Origin: a virus
Taxonomy: Duplodnaviria; Caudoviricetes
Length of the DNA stretch: 60,037 nt
Reading direction: 5' to 3' (one strand)
Virus record (IMG/VR): IMGVR_UViG_3300030085_002970
Location: 1 to 60,037 of that record
Shown: positions 8,816 to 19,269 of the stretch, piece by piece
How positions within the stretch are numbered: position 1 is the first letter of the stretch
How the letters are laid out: every line of letters begins with the position of its first letter
The notes under the pieces: model-generated
Told to the model about the DNA's origin: nothing
Databases searched by the model: none
Seen by the model: the letters and a program-made list of their open reading frames with translations, nothing else
Translations under genes and position numbers: made by a program

Positions 8816-9196
8816 TTAACATTTCCATCTGCGTCTAGCAGCTAAACCTCGTTTACTTTTCCAACTTCTTGATCTAGCGCAGAACGATTTTCTTCTTTTT
8901 GCGTCTTTACTTCCTGGTTTAACTTTTCCTGTTACAGCAGTTTTAAGTTTACTTCCAGGGTTTTTACGTCTATATTCTCTAACTCCCTTAGAAGTCATCC
9001 CAGCACCCTCTTTGATAGTTCTAAAGTTACGACCTTTACCTTTAGTAGTTTTTCTTGGTTCGTTAGTCTTTTTACGCTTACGTTTTTGCATAGGTGAATC
9101 TTCATCTGATAATTTAAAACCAGACAGTATTCCGCCAGCTCTTCTTCTACCACAAGAAGTTACAGGTATTGGATGATTTTTTTGCGTATAAGCCAT
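8816..9196 (-). CDS. Basic protein, DUF6321-like
   Basis: GMTSKGV..YRRKNPGSKLK..RRKSFCARS..RRRWKC. Confidence 0.6.
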   Translation of the reverse strand: MAYTQKNHPIPVTSCGRRRAGGILSGFKLSDEDSPMQKRKRKKTNEPRKTTKGKGRNFRTIKEGAGMTSKGVREYRRKNPGSKLKTAVTGKVKPGSKDAKRRKSFCARSRSWKSKRGLAARRRWKC

Positions 9197-9198
9197 GA

Positions 9199-10242
9199 TT
9201 AAAAGATTACATAATTAACACCACACTTAAAGTCATACCACTCGCGATTCCAGTACTTGTTGTATTTACCTTCAACAAATAAACCTAAGTGTTTATTAAA
9301 CTTGTATCCAAGTATTAATCCGCCAGAATAGTCATACCATTGACCATCTATAAAATTATGATAAGAATACTCTCCTCCACTATCGTAATGGTACGGCATG
9401 AAATTACCCCACGAGTGCAACCAAAAATCTTTTTTATAATGATAATAATCAAAACCTAAAACTACTGAGTATTGAAACTGATTATCTAATTCATTACGTT
9501 TTTTATTTACGTAATCTTCTAATATTTGAGGTATAATAACTTCTTCCCAAACAGCACTACTTGTAGCAACTACGTCGCCTGCTGGGTTTTTATATTCATT
9601 TTCAAATACATCTATACTATAACCTTCTTGTATTGCTAGTTGTGTATAATGTATATAGTCGTTTTCTAGCTTCCACTCTGTTAGCGGGTCAAAGCCATAA
9701 GGCTCTGCAAGTCTTGTAACACCGCCAAAATTAAAAGATAATTTCTTTTTACCACGTAATCTAAATCTCTGTGTAGCTTCGTAATACTCTATATCTGCAA
9801 AACCGTCTTTAACATACTCTACTTTAGTAAGCCATTTATTTCTTACATATCTTACGAAATGTTGTTGATCAAAGTACTCTACGCCTTCTTGTCGTTTATA
9901 GTCTACTTCAAATAAATATTCAAACGGTGATAAACCAACTGTAGCAGCATCGCCATAAGCAGATTCAGTACCATCTTTGAAAGGAGTACTACCTTCGTAT
10001 TGAAAACGTTTTATTTTACGTATACCCATTGTTAACGAATAATCGTATGGCGTAAATACAGTATCGTAACTTAGCACACCTTGGCTTGTAGAGTATACAT
10101 CTCTATCAGCTAAAGATGTTCCACCATTTGCCGCTATGTAAAACGTAGAAAACTTAAACGCTTTTTTAATTTGTGAGCAACACTCTTTAGGAGCTGTACA
10201 CGCTGTTATGAACGCTATTAATATTATTATTATTTTTTTCAT
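9199..10242 (-). CDS. Predicted outer-membrane beta-barrel / lipoprotein
   Basis: Signal with lipobox-like ITAC; aromatic-rich alternating strands; ends GVNYVIF (terminal Phe, BAM-like signal). Confidence 0.6.
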   Translation of the reverse strand: MKKIIIILIAFITACTAPKECCSQIKKAFKFSTFYIAANGGTSLADRDVYSTSQGVLSYDTVFTPYDYSLTMGIRKIKRFQYEGSTPFKDGTESAYGDAATVGLSPFEYLFEVDYKRQEGVEYFDQQHFVRYVRNKWLTKVEYVKDGFADIEYYEATQRFRLRGKKKLSFNFGGVTRLAEPYGFDPLTEWKLENDYIHYTQLAIQEGYSIDVFENEYKNPAGDVVATSSAVWEEVIIPQILEDYVNKKRNELDNQFQYSVVLGFDYYHYKKDFWLHSWGNFMPYHYDSGGEYSYHNFIDGQWYDYSGGLILGYKFNKHLGLFVEGKYNKYWNREWYDFKCGVNYVIF

Positions 10243-10243
10243 T

Positions 10244-13200
10244 TTAAATGTCTAAAAAATATGGTTCTTTTTTCTTTTTCTTTTTCTTCTTTTTCTTTGT
10301 TTCTTCTTTGATCTTTTTCATTTTTTCATTTTCAAGATCTAAGTTGTATTGACTCCAACCAAAAAACATCATTACTCTTTCAAGCGCAGAGTGCTCTTTG
10401 TTTAGAGATTGTCTAATGTTTTGAACTTTATTGTAAGTTTTATTTAAAGGTATATTTACAAGCTCAAAGTAACTAGTCACAGCTGGCCATATAGGATTAT
10501 CTATATCAGAAAGCTTCATGTGATCTATAACCTTTTCATTATAGTTTAATGTTTTTTCAGCAGCAACTATTCTTCTAGCTTTAATACCAAGAGGTGGAGA
10601 TATGTCTAAAGCAGCTCTTAAAACAGCGCTTTCATCTTTGTTGTATTTTACATCTCTTTGTTTGTCCCATTGTATAGCCATATTTTTAACAGTAGCGGCT
10701 ATTGCTCCGTAAACACCCGTACCTCTTAAAACACTATCAATAGCACCGTTAACTGCATATTCAAACTTTTTGCCTCTACTTTTTTCTTCTTTTTCAGTTA
10801 ACTCTTCTTCATCGTCAAACATAGCCATAAACAAAGCTGTTTGTAAACTATAGAATACCATGTTTTGTATGCCTATGTAATAAGTTAGTCTAGCTAAGTT
10901 TGAAACGTCACTTTGAAACTGATTATCGTAAGGAGGTGTTATTCTTCTATTTTTTAAATCTAAAAATGCTTTTTTACCTAGTCTATTAAACTGTGATGTA
11001 ACATTTTGAAAAGCAAGTACAAACTTACCTACAGCAGATCTTTGTTGAGCAGAAATCATATCTTCTCTAGCTGACTGCTGTGTCGATTGTGTTATTTCAT
11101 TAAAATCGTTAAAAGCTTTTAATTCTGCTTCTTTTTGGCTAAGACCTTCTTTTATATACTTGTTAGTTCTATTTCTATAATAAGTAGCACCACCCGTTGA
11201 TATTGCAACACTATCAGCTATTTGTGTAGGAGTAAAACCTGCAGCTAAAAGTTTTTGTATAATTACACGCATTGGAAACCTAGATCTACTAGCCGTTTGA
11301 ACTAGCTCAGCAGCATTAACATCTGTTCTTATACCACCTCTTCTTTGCTTTAAAGTGTCAGAGTTAAATATAAATACCCAATCAGCCCAGTATTGTTTTT
11401 GATTAGCAAATGCTTTAGCCATTGCAAACAAATTGTTATCAGCAAAGTTCATGTAGTTAACAATAGACATCTGCTGTAATAAAGCTGATCTCATGTTAAG
11501 AAACATAACGGTACCTACTGCTCCATTAATAAAGTTTACAAATTGATTTACAATTTTATTTTGACCTTGAGGTCTTTTTTCACCAGTTCTTATAGAATAA
11601 AGCATATCTTCTATAGATTCTCTAACACTTTTACCGTAAGCAGCTTCAATTTTATTTAAATTATCTTTTGAAAATATTTCATTAGAATTTTCTATAAATT
11701 CAGTAAAATATTGAGATCTACCAATTTTACCAGTAGCATCCATGAGATCTGATCGTAAACTACCAATATCCCAAGATTCAGTAGGCGGTATATAACCATC
11801 TACTCTTGATATACTTTCTATAGAGTTAGCATAGTTTTGCAATACAGGATCAAGAGTAACATATTCGTTTAACATATCTTGATCTTTTTTGCTAAGACCT
11901 GGTATTTCATGACCGTTTTTAGTCCATATATAAACTCTTATAGCATCTTCAAAAGTAAAATCACCATCAGCAGTATTCTTTTTTAACTTTTTCTTTATAT
12001 CTGGATAATTTTTATTTAAAGCTTTAAAGTCATTAGCTATAGATTGCATTGCTGTGTCTAATTCTTTATAAGCTCTATTTAAAGGTTTTATTAAAGCTTT
12101 TTCAAAAAAGTCTCTATGTTTATCACCTTTTCTACCTTTACCCATAAAGTTATATAATAGACCTACAAAATCCTCATGCGATGGTGGTATAAAAAATCTA
12201 AACTTACCTTTATCAGAACCACGTTTTCTAGCTTTTATATCACTAAATCTTTTTTCAGACTCTATGCCTGTAACTTCTTCAATTATTTTATTAAAGTCTT
12301 GATCTAAGCTTCTACTAAAATTAATTTTAGCTTGTACAGATTTACCTTTAACATCTAGCTGATCAAATACTTCTTGTACGGCTTTAACGTTAGGCAACGC
12401 GTCATCAACAAAATACATGTCATTATAACCTTCTGAATATTTATCTAACATCCATAAAGCTTTTGCTTCTCCAGTGCTATTACCTAAACCTGTTATATTT
12501 TCTAACGGTATGTTTATACCTTTAGACTTTAACCATTCATGTATAGGTTGCGCAGCTTCTTGCATGCGAGCAGTAAGTACAAATACATTTTTATTTCCGT
12601 ATTTAGCTATTTGGTTTTTCATTTTTTGTAATAACGGCCCTTCTTTTCCACCTCTTACATTAACAAAATCAGAAAAATCAAAGTCCCAGTTTTCTTCAGC
12701 ATACCTTGGACCGTCAATAGGCCATTTAGCAGATGGTATTTTAACTGTTTCACCATCTTTAGTTGCTGTTACAAAGTTTTTACCTTCTATAATTAGTGTT
12801 TCATCAAAATCAAAAGTAGACATGCCTCTTGAAGGCTTTAAACTGTTATCTCTTGCTTTTACCAGTTTTCTAGAGTTTTGTATTTTTAACTGTGAATTTA
12901 ACGTAGTTTCTGTAGATTTTATAAAACTTTTAGTTTGCGAAGCGTCTAGTAAGTTTGCTTTACTATCAACAAACTTAAATTCATTTATTCTAGGTGATAT
13001 TCTATACTTTATCTTACCTTTTTTTGGTCTATCTATCCTAGCTACAAGCTCTATTGTTTCGCCTTCTTTTAACTTTAATCTTTGTATTTTATTGTTTGGA
13101 TTTAAGCGGTTAAATTCAGCAGCTACAGCATTACTAACTTTATCAACATTTTCATTACCTGTTGTCATTACATAAAGTTTTTGTCCAACCTGAACAAAAC

Positions 13201-16200
13201 CTTGAGGCATTTTACTATATTTTCCATGAGCATAAGCCCAAGAAAAATAATCTCCATCTATGTTTGTGCTAGTAGAGTATTTACTTTTATTATCATTTAA
13301 CCAACTAGCTTGAGCGTCTGTTAACTCATTACCATTTTTTATTTCACCTAAACCAGCTTTTTTTAAATCTTTAGATATTTGATTATATTGATCTTTAATT
13401 AAATCACCTATAATATCATCATATAAAACACCATCTTGATTAGCTGTTTCATTTTTATTAGCAAAAGTTAAATTTCCGTTAGATAAAAAGTTTATTGTTT
13501 GTGAAACTCCTCTAGCTATATCTAGCTTAGATTCAACGCCAACAACTATATTATTTAAAGCAACATATATATCACCTTTACCTTTCTTTAATTGTAAAGC
13601 AGTATTAGCAATAGCTTTTTTAAACATAGATTTTATTCTATATTCAAGCGCTAAACCTAGATTTATTTTTTCTCCAGGCTTACTTTTTTTAACTATTTTT
13701 GTAACTAAATCTTGCTTTAACTGCTCATCTTTTAACTCACCATACTCGTTAGCTTGATGCATTTTATATATTATTTCAGCAGCTTTATTTTTGTCTGAGT
13801 TAGAGTATTCTCTACCACCTTTTTCATATCTTTTCTTAAAAGGTATTTTTAAAGAATATTTAGCTTTACCTTTTTTGTCATACTCTATTGATACTATGTT
13901 TTCTAATTTAGTTTTGCCAGTGGCTAGCTTAGAAAGCTCATCAAGTACATTATCAGCCAAGCCATCTATAATTTGAGTTCTAGAAAACATTATATTAGAC
14001 TCTCTACCTATTGCAGCTGCTAACTCTTGTATTTCAGCTTCATAACTAACACCGTCGTCTTCTATCCTACTTCTGACTTCTTCGGACTGTCTAGCTTCCA
14101 TAGTAGCATCTTTAATAAGAGTAATACCTAAAGCTTTAACAAAACCATCTTTTCTAGTTCCTTTTAAACCAGATCTTTCACCTGTTTCAGGATTTATAGC
14201 CGGTTGATCAGCAAATTCAACTAGTTCAGGTTCTGTAGGTATTCTTCTTTTATAAAGATTTACAGCTTGTCCTTGATCAATTTTGTTTAAAGCATCAAGA
14301 GGTAATTGTTCTTTTCTAACGGCATCTTCAACTTCTTTTTTACTTGTAAGTTGTTTTACGAAAGTAGTAAATTTTCTTTTGTCTTCAGGAACTTTTCTTT
14401 CCATTTGAACTAAATCAGCTACAGATATAGTATTAAACATAGCTTCTCTATGGAGCTTCAAGTTCTTTATATAAGGCTTAGCACCAAAAAAGTTTTTTAG
14501 TGGCTTAAAAACATCGCTAGTAAGACTAAAATACTCTTTACGTAACAACTCGTCTATAGCTTTAGCTCTTTTTGACGGATCTTTTATATTCTGAGTTTTA
14601 CGATACGCTATAACAATTGACTTTTTTATAGAGTTAAGTATTGTGCTATACATATCTCCTCCAGTTTCAAAGCCTAATGCTTTTCTAAGCTTAGACTGCT
14701 TGACTTCTTGTTCTTGACCTGTTTGTTCTTTTGTTTTTCTTTGTCTAGCTCTAGCAGCGATAGATACATCTTCTTCTTCAAACTGCTCTATTGAAGCGTC
14801 TGTTTCAGCTTCAACTTGTATTTTTAGCTCACCTTCTTCTGTTCTTTCACCTATTTCTTTAGCTCTAGATACTTCGTCTGCTTTGTACTCTCTGTTATAG
14901 ACATTACCAGCTTTATTAGCTATTTGAGAATTAATCCAACCAAACAAACTATCATTAGTTTCAGGATTAAAGTTTTTAATATGTGGAGTAAGCTCTGCTA
15001 CTACTTTGTCAATAAATTCTCTTGGAGCACGACCTCCTTTATATTTTGCCGCAATTAAATTATCTAAATAACCTTTATTTTTTATTTCTGTTATTATCTG
15101 ATCTACTTCGGCATCGTAGTAAAACTTACCAACATCTTTTTCTCTAAAACTATTACCAAGCTCTGACTCACTACCTAGTTTGTCAATAGCTTGTTTAGAA
15201 AACTTTATGTCAGCATCATCTATAGTAAAATCTTGTTTACTTACAAACTCTTGTATTTCTTTTCTATATATACCTTTTTTAGAGTCGGCAACCATAGCAT
15301 CTAAAAAAGCTTTAGTATCTGCACCTGTTTCAAAGTTTACTTTTTTAAACTCTGTTTCAGTTCTAAATAAATTAGAAATAAATTGACCTACTTTACTAGT
15401 TGGTTCAAAAGCTCCTTGTTTAGATAATTGCGCGTAAAAGTTTAAATATTCTTCGCCATACTCTTTAAACTCTTTTCCAGTTCTATATCCACCTTTGTCT
15501 AGCACTTCCTCTATGAGCTTTTTTTCATTATTACTTAATGTTTTTATAAAATCTTTTACAATTAACTCACCTTTTTCGCTTAAATTACCGTCTTTACCTT
15601 GAACAGTTGTTTTTAATAAACCATGTAAAACTTCATGTATACCTATACCAATAGCGTTGTTTTGAGCAGCAACCTCTGCGTTTATCATTAGCTTACCACC
15701 AATCTTTAAACCGTCAATTTGAAAACCTTTAGTAGTTTTTTCAAAGTCTGCTTCTGTTTTACCTTTAGCTAACATTTCAGTTTTTAAAGCATCAAGAAAC
15801 TCAGCTTCAGTTCTAAATACTTGTTGCTGTAGATTTTTAACATTTTTAATTAAGCTACCAGTGCCATCAAGCTCTTCCATTAGCAAGCTCATATTAGCAT
15901 CGTTCTTAATACTAATAATACCATCGTTATAACTTCTTTCTCTTTGTTTTAAAGTAGACTCTAAAGCTTTAAACTCTTGTTCACTTATTAAACCTTTGTT
16001 AAACAAAGATTTAGCTTCTTTTATTTCTTTTCTAGTTTTTCTTATGTTGCTTAAAAGATTATTTAAGCCATCTTCTTGCTTAGTACTTAAGTACTCTGAT
16101 AATTTACTATTTTGAGCTAAAAACTCATTTAAATCTTCTTGCTGTGCTTGAATTAAATCATCATATTTTTTTTGTTCTTTTATGCTAGTAGTTCTTGCCT

Positions 16201-17557
16201 TTGCTTCAAGAAGTTCTTCTATGTTTTTAACTTTTTGAGCTATAAATCTACTACTTGACTCATCAGCTCTTAAAGCAGCGTTTATTTTTCTACCTCCAGC
16301 TGTAAGAGCGCCACCACCAATTAAACCTGCAAAATACTGATCCCAAGCTTCTTCACTACCCATATAGCTACCTACGTCTTTTATAGCATCTTCAAAAGAC
16401 ATTTGTTTACCTATATTTTGGTTCATACGCTCTATTAAACCTTGACCATACTCAGTCCAAGCTTCTTTTTGACTAGCAGCCAAAAGACCAAAGTAACCTC
16501 TTTTTTTAAAAGATTGTTTGGCTATTTCTCTAGTAATACCTTTAAAACCAGCTCTTTCTAAAGCAAAACCTAAACCACCAAATAAAAGTGGTAAACCTAA
16601 TTCGTCTTCACCATTTTCTAATAATTTTTGAAAACCATCAGGATCGTCACCATACAAAGCTTTAGCCTTTTCTTCGTTAAAAGACATATATGACATACCA
16701 CCCATTTGAAGAGCCATAGAAGTACCAAAGGTAAGCCTAGCGGCTGCAAACTGCATAGCAGCGTCTGTAACAAAGTTTAAACCTTGTAGAAAAGTATCGC
16801 CAACTCTTCCGTTTTTTACAGCATCAAGAAATCCTTTGCTATCTGTTATTGGAAGTTTGGCTATTTTAGCATTAAGTTCAACATTTTTTTTATGAACTTT
16901 TAGTAGTTCTTCTTTATAAAGATCATCAATCTTTTTTCCGTTTTCATCTACTAAGTAAACAGGATTTTCAAACTTTCTAATTGAACCATCATCTGTTATT
17001 TCATATATAGGAAACGAAGCTCTTTTTTTCAATAGCTTATAATACTCAGCGTTTTCAGGAGCGTCATGACCATCTCTTTTGTGAGCTTCTCTATCAAAAC
17101 TAACAGTTTTTCCAGTTTCAGAGTCATACAAGCCTTCTTGTTTAGTTCTAGCATCTCCTGCTCTAAAAAAATTAAGAAAACCGTCAGTATCGTTTAAAGG
17201 ACTAGTATCAACTACGTTTGTCATGAACTCAGAAGTTGGCGTAATTGCAGAATCAAAAAAAGCATTAAGAAAACCTGTTGCTTGATTTACTTTTGATTCA
17301 GTAGCTGGTCCTAAATGTTGTTTAAACATATTCATAAGACCTTCAAAAAAACCAACTTCATCTTCTACTTCTTCGTCAGTTAAATCTAAATCAATACCAC
17401 CACCTAATCTTTGTCTTGGTGAAATAACTGGTTTTGGAGGTTCTGTAGAGTCTTCTAGTTTTTTTGCATCAGGATATGCAGCTAAAAACTCTTGCAACTT
17501 GTCTGATGAAACATCAAATACCTCACCTGTATTAGTATTAATATACTGTTCTGCCAT
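10244..17557 (-). CDS. Giant (2437 aa) putative internal virion/ejection protein with HExxH, PD-(D/E)xK-like and HAD motifs
   Basis: Lies after the tail genes. Motifs IHEVLHG; GLALEY..KGDIYV..VESKL; TFDFDETL..VLTAR..K..FVDD. Confidence 0.7.
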   Translation of the reverse strand: MAEQYINTNTGEVFDVSSDKLQEFLAAYPDAKKLEDSTEPPKPVISPRQRLGGGIDLDLTDEEVEDEVGFFEGLMNMFKQHLGPATESKVNQATGFLNAFFDSAITPTSEFMTNVVDTSPLNDTDGFLNFFRAGDARTKQEGLYDSETGKTVSFDREAHKRDGHDAPENAEYYKLLKKRASFPIYEITDDGSIRKFENPVYLVDENGKKIDDLYKEELLKVHKKNVELNAKIAKLPITDSKGFLDAVKNGRVGDTFLQGLNFVTDAAMQFAAARLTFGTSMALQMGGMSYMSFNEEKAKALYGDDPDGFQKLLENGEDELGLPLLFGGLGFALERAGFKGITREIAKQSFKKRGYFGLLAASQKEAWTEYGQGLIERMNQNIGKQMSFEDAIKDVGSYMGSEEAWDQYFAGLIGGGALTAGGRKINAALRADESSSRFIAQKVKNIEELLEAKARTTSIKEQKKYDDLIQAQQEDLNEFLAQNSKLSEYLSTKQEDGLNNLLSNIRKTRKEIKEAKSLFNKGLISEQEFKALESTLKQRERSYNDGIISIKNDANMSLLMEELDGTGSLIKNVKNLQQQVFRTEAEFLDALKTEMLAKGKTEADFEKTTKGFQIDGLKIGGKLMINAEVAAQNNAIGIGIHEVLHGLLKTTVQGKDGNLSEKGELIVKDFIKTLSNNEKKLIEEVLDKGGYRTGKEFKEYGEEYLNFYAQLSKQGAFEPTSKVGQFISNLFRTETEFKKVNFETGADTKAFLDAMVADSKKGIYRKEIQEFVSKQDFTIDDADIKFSKQAIDKLGSESELGNSFREKDVGKFYYDAEVDQIITEIKNKGYLDNLIAAKYKGGRAPREFIDKVVAELTPHIKNFNPETNDSLFGWINSQIANKAGNVYNREYKADEVSRAKEIGERTEEGELKIQVEAETDASIEQFEEEDVSIAARARQRKTKEQTGQEQEVKQSKLRKALGFETGGDMYSTILNSIKKSIVIAYRKTQNIKDPSKRAKAIDELLRKEYFSLTSDVFKPLKNFFGAKPYIKNLKLHREAMFNTISVADLVQMERKVPEDKRKFTTFVKQLTSKKEVEDAVRKEQLPLDALNKIDQGQAVNLYKRRIPTEPELVEFADQPAINPETGERSGLKGTRKDGFVKALGITLIKDATMEARQSEEVRSRIEDDGVSYEAEIQELAAAIGRESNIMFSRTQIIDGLADNVLDELSKLATGKTKLENIVSIEYDKKGKAKYSLKIPFKKRYEKGGREYSNSDKNKAAEIIYKMHQANEYGELKDEQLKQDLVTKIVKKSKPGEKINLGLALEYRIKSMFKKAIANTALQLKKGKGDIYVALNNIVVGVESKLDIARGVSQTINFLSNGNLTFANKNETANQDGVLYDDIIGDLIKDQYNQISKDLKKAGLGEIKNGNELTDAQASWLNDNKSKYSTSTNIDGDYFSWAYAHGKYSKMPQGFVQVGQKLYVMTTGNENVDKVSNAVAAEFNRLNPNNKIQRLKLKEGETIELVARIDRPKKGKIKYRISPRINEFKFVDSKANLLDASQTKSFIKSTETTLNSQLKIQNSRKLVKARDNSLKPSRGMSTFDFDETLIIEGKNFVTATKDGETVKIPSAKWPIDGPRYAEENWDFDFSDFVNVRGGKEGPLLQKMKNQIAKYGNKNVFVLTARMQEAAQPIHEWLKSKGINIPLENITGLGNSTGEAKALWMLDKYSEGYNDMYFVDDALPNVKAVQEVFDQLDVKGKSVQAKINFSRSLDQDFNKIIEEVTGIESEKRFSDIKARKRGSDKGKFRFFIPPSHEDFVGLLYNFMGKGRKGDKHRDFFEKALIKPLNRAYKELDTAMQSIANDFKALNKNYPDIKKKLKKNTADGDFTFEDAIRVYIWTKNGHEIPGLSKKDQDMLNEYVTLDPVLQNYANSIESISRVDGYIPPTESWDIGSLRSDLMDATGKIGRSQYFTEFIENSNEIFSKDNLNKIEAAYGKSVRESIEDMLYSIRTGEKRPQGQNKIVNQFVNFINGAVGTVMFLNMRSALLQQMSIVNYMNFADNNLFAMAKAFANQKQYWADWVFIFNSDTLKQRRGGIRTDVNAAELVQTASRSRFPMRVIIQKLLAAGFTPTQIADSVAISTGGATYYRNRTNKYIKEGLSQKEAELKAFNDFNEITQSTQQSAREDMISAQQRSAVGKFVLAFQNVTSQFNRLGKKAFLDLKNRRITPPYDNQFQSDVSNLARLTYYIGIQNMVFYSLQTALFMAMFDDEEELTEKEEKSRGKKFEYAVNGAIDSVLRGTGVYGAIAATVKNMAIQWDKQRDVKYNKDESAVLRAALDISPPLGIKARRIVAAEKTLNYNEKVIDHMKLSDIDNPIWPAVTSYFELVNIPLNKTYNKVQNIRQSLNKEHSALERVMMFFGWSQYNLDLENEKMKKIKEETKKKKKKKKKKEPYFLDI

Positions 17558-17563
17558 TATTTA

Positions 17564-19267
17564 TTAAAATTGCTTTTTAAAAAATGAAAATCCACCTTTC
17601 TTTTCTTCTTCTTTTTTCTCATCTTTTTCTTTTTCTTTTTCTTTTTCTATATTAGAACTATCCTTATCATTTGGATCTGTATTAAAAGTATTGTTAATCT
17701 TTGGTCCTTCGCCAAGATAATCCATTATTCCTTTTGTGTTAAAATCACTACCATAAGAGTTTATAACAGCTCTTCTACTAACATTTTTATACTCTGGTTT
17801 ACCATCTTTTATTTCAACTCTTTGCCAGTTTTTACCAGTCCAATTAAAAGTTATACCTGTGTAAGCTCTAAAAGTATAGTTTTCACCCATTTTACCATTT
17901 TCTATATCTTTAAAAAGCTTAACTTCATTAATAATATCATCACCAAAAACTTGATTTGTTTTATTATCTAAATAAATAGAGCCATAGTTTCTATCAGGAT
18001 CTATACCAAATTGAAAAGCTCTTCTATTACTAGGATTTCTTGGATTCTTTTTCTCATATAAGCCTATACCATCTTTGTTTGCTTTTTTAAATTGTTTATC
18101 AGTCCAGGCTAAAAATGCTTCTTTAGCTTGTGGGTTGTTATAATTCATGGCTTCTCTACGAAGTATATTCATGTTAGCTAATATTGTTACATCTTTAAGA
18201 TCTTCTTCGCTAAATATACCGTCTTCACCAGCAAAATCTTTTGCAGTAATTTTTCCATCACCATCGTCTTTAAATCCTTCTGTTTTTAGCGTAACAAGAT
18301 TTAATATTTCGCTTGATAATTCTATATCATCACCACTTATAGCATCAAAATAGCTAATATCAGAACCAGCAAGACCTCTATTTTTAGTTAAAGCTTTCCA
18401 ACCGTTTTCAGTAGCAACAGCTTCTCTTGTTTTCTTTTTAGCTAAGTTTAACATTGTTGTAGTTGCTTCTTTACCTGTTTTTTCACCATGATCTTGAAAG
18501 CCAGCACTTAAAGCATCAACAGCTTGTATAAGCTCTGTTTGTTTAGGTACAATTAAGTTTTCAACATCTCTATGATCTTTCCAAAGAGCTTGTTCTTTTT
18601 TGTCTGTTGTTGTTATTCTTCCTAGCTCATCAATTTCTGAAATATATTTACCATCACTAGTTTTCATATAAAAACCTAGCTCGTCATCTCTATAACCAGT
18701 TTCTGAATATAATCCTTTATGTTTACCTGTTTTTATAGGATCTCCTTGCGCCGTAATAGTACCGTGCCACAATAAATTTTCTGATCCTGTAGCTAACGGA
18801 TCCATATCATCTATAGCAACCTGCTGTAAACTTTTTTGTATTCCATTTCTAGCGTACTGCCCGTCATTTAGTATTTTATTCTTTTTGCTGTCCCAAGCAT
18901 CTTTATCTTTTCTAAACGCGTCTTTATCAAATGATTCGTCATCATTTCTATAATCTCTTCTTTTTGGTTTATTTTTTCTATGAGCTTTCCACTGTTCAGA
19001 TATAGGTTGCACCATGTTTTCGTTACCACCAAAACCCATTTTAGTTTTTAATCTTTCAGCAGCCTCTTTAACCAAAGGCGCTGCTATTTCCAATGTAGTG
19101 TTAATTAACTCAGCACCTTGTTTCGCATATACATTCATTAAGTCAATTTGACTTTTACTCATCTGTTCAAAAGACTTGCTCATGTCTAACGGCACGCCGG
19201 CCATACCAGCTCTTGCCGCTGCCGTTGCTATAGTAGCATCTGCTCCTTGTGTTAGTTTTATTGCCAT
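17564..19267 (-). CDS. Putative internal virion protein
   Basis: 567 aa, charged, between other ejection-type genes; EF-hand-like loop DDGDGKITAKDF. Confidence 0.55.
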   Translation of the reverse strand: MAIKLTQGADATIATAAARAGMAGVPLDMSKSFEQMSKSQIDLMNVYAKQGAELINTTLEIAAPLVKEAAERLKTKMGFGGNENMVQPISEQWKAHRKNKPKRRDYRNDDESFDKDAFRKDKDAWDSKKNKILNDGQYARNGIQKSLQQVAIDDMDPLATGSENLLWHGTITAQGDPIKTGKHKGLYSETGYRDDELGFYMKTSDGKYISEIDELGRITTTDKKEQALWKDHRDVENLIVPKQTELIQAVDALSAGFQDHGEKTGKEATTTMLNLAKKKTREAVATENGWKALTKNRGLAGSDISYFDAISGDDIELSSEILNLVTLKTEGFKDDGDGKITAKDFAGEDGIFSEEDLKDVTILANMNILRREAMNYNNPQAKEAFLAWTDKQFKKANKDGIGLYEKKNPRNPSNRRAFQFGIDPDRNYGSIYLDNKTNQVFGDDIINEVKLFKDIENGKMGENYTFRAYTGITFNWTGKNWQRVEIKDGKPEYKNVSRRAVINSYGSDFNTKGIMDYLGEGPKINNTFNTDPNDKDSSNIEKEKEKEKDEKKEEEKKGGFSFFKKQF

Positions 19268-19269
19268 GT

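Noticed and set aside
12474-13175. 233-aa + strand ORF and similar shadow ORFs (930-1160, 1863-2189, 6710-7081, 7059-7439, 28369-28884, 42935-43294, 58639-58998)
   Set aside because: They are antisense to well-supported genes, have F/L/S-rich composition typical of reverse-frame artefacts, and show no motifs.
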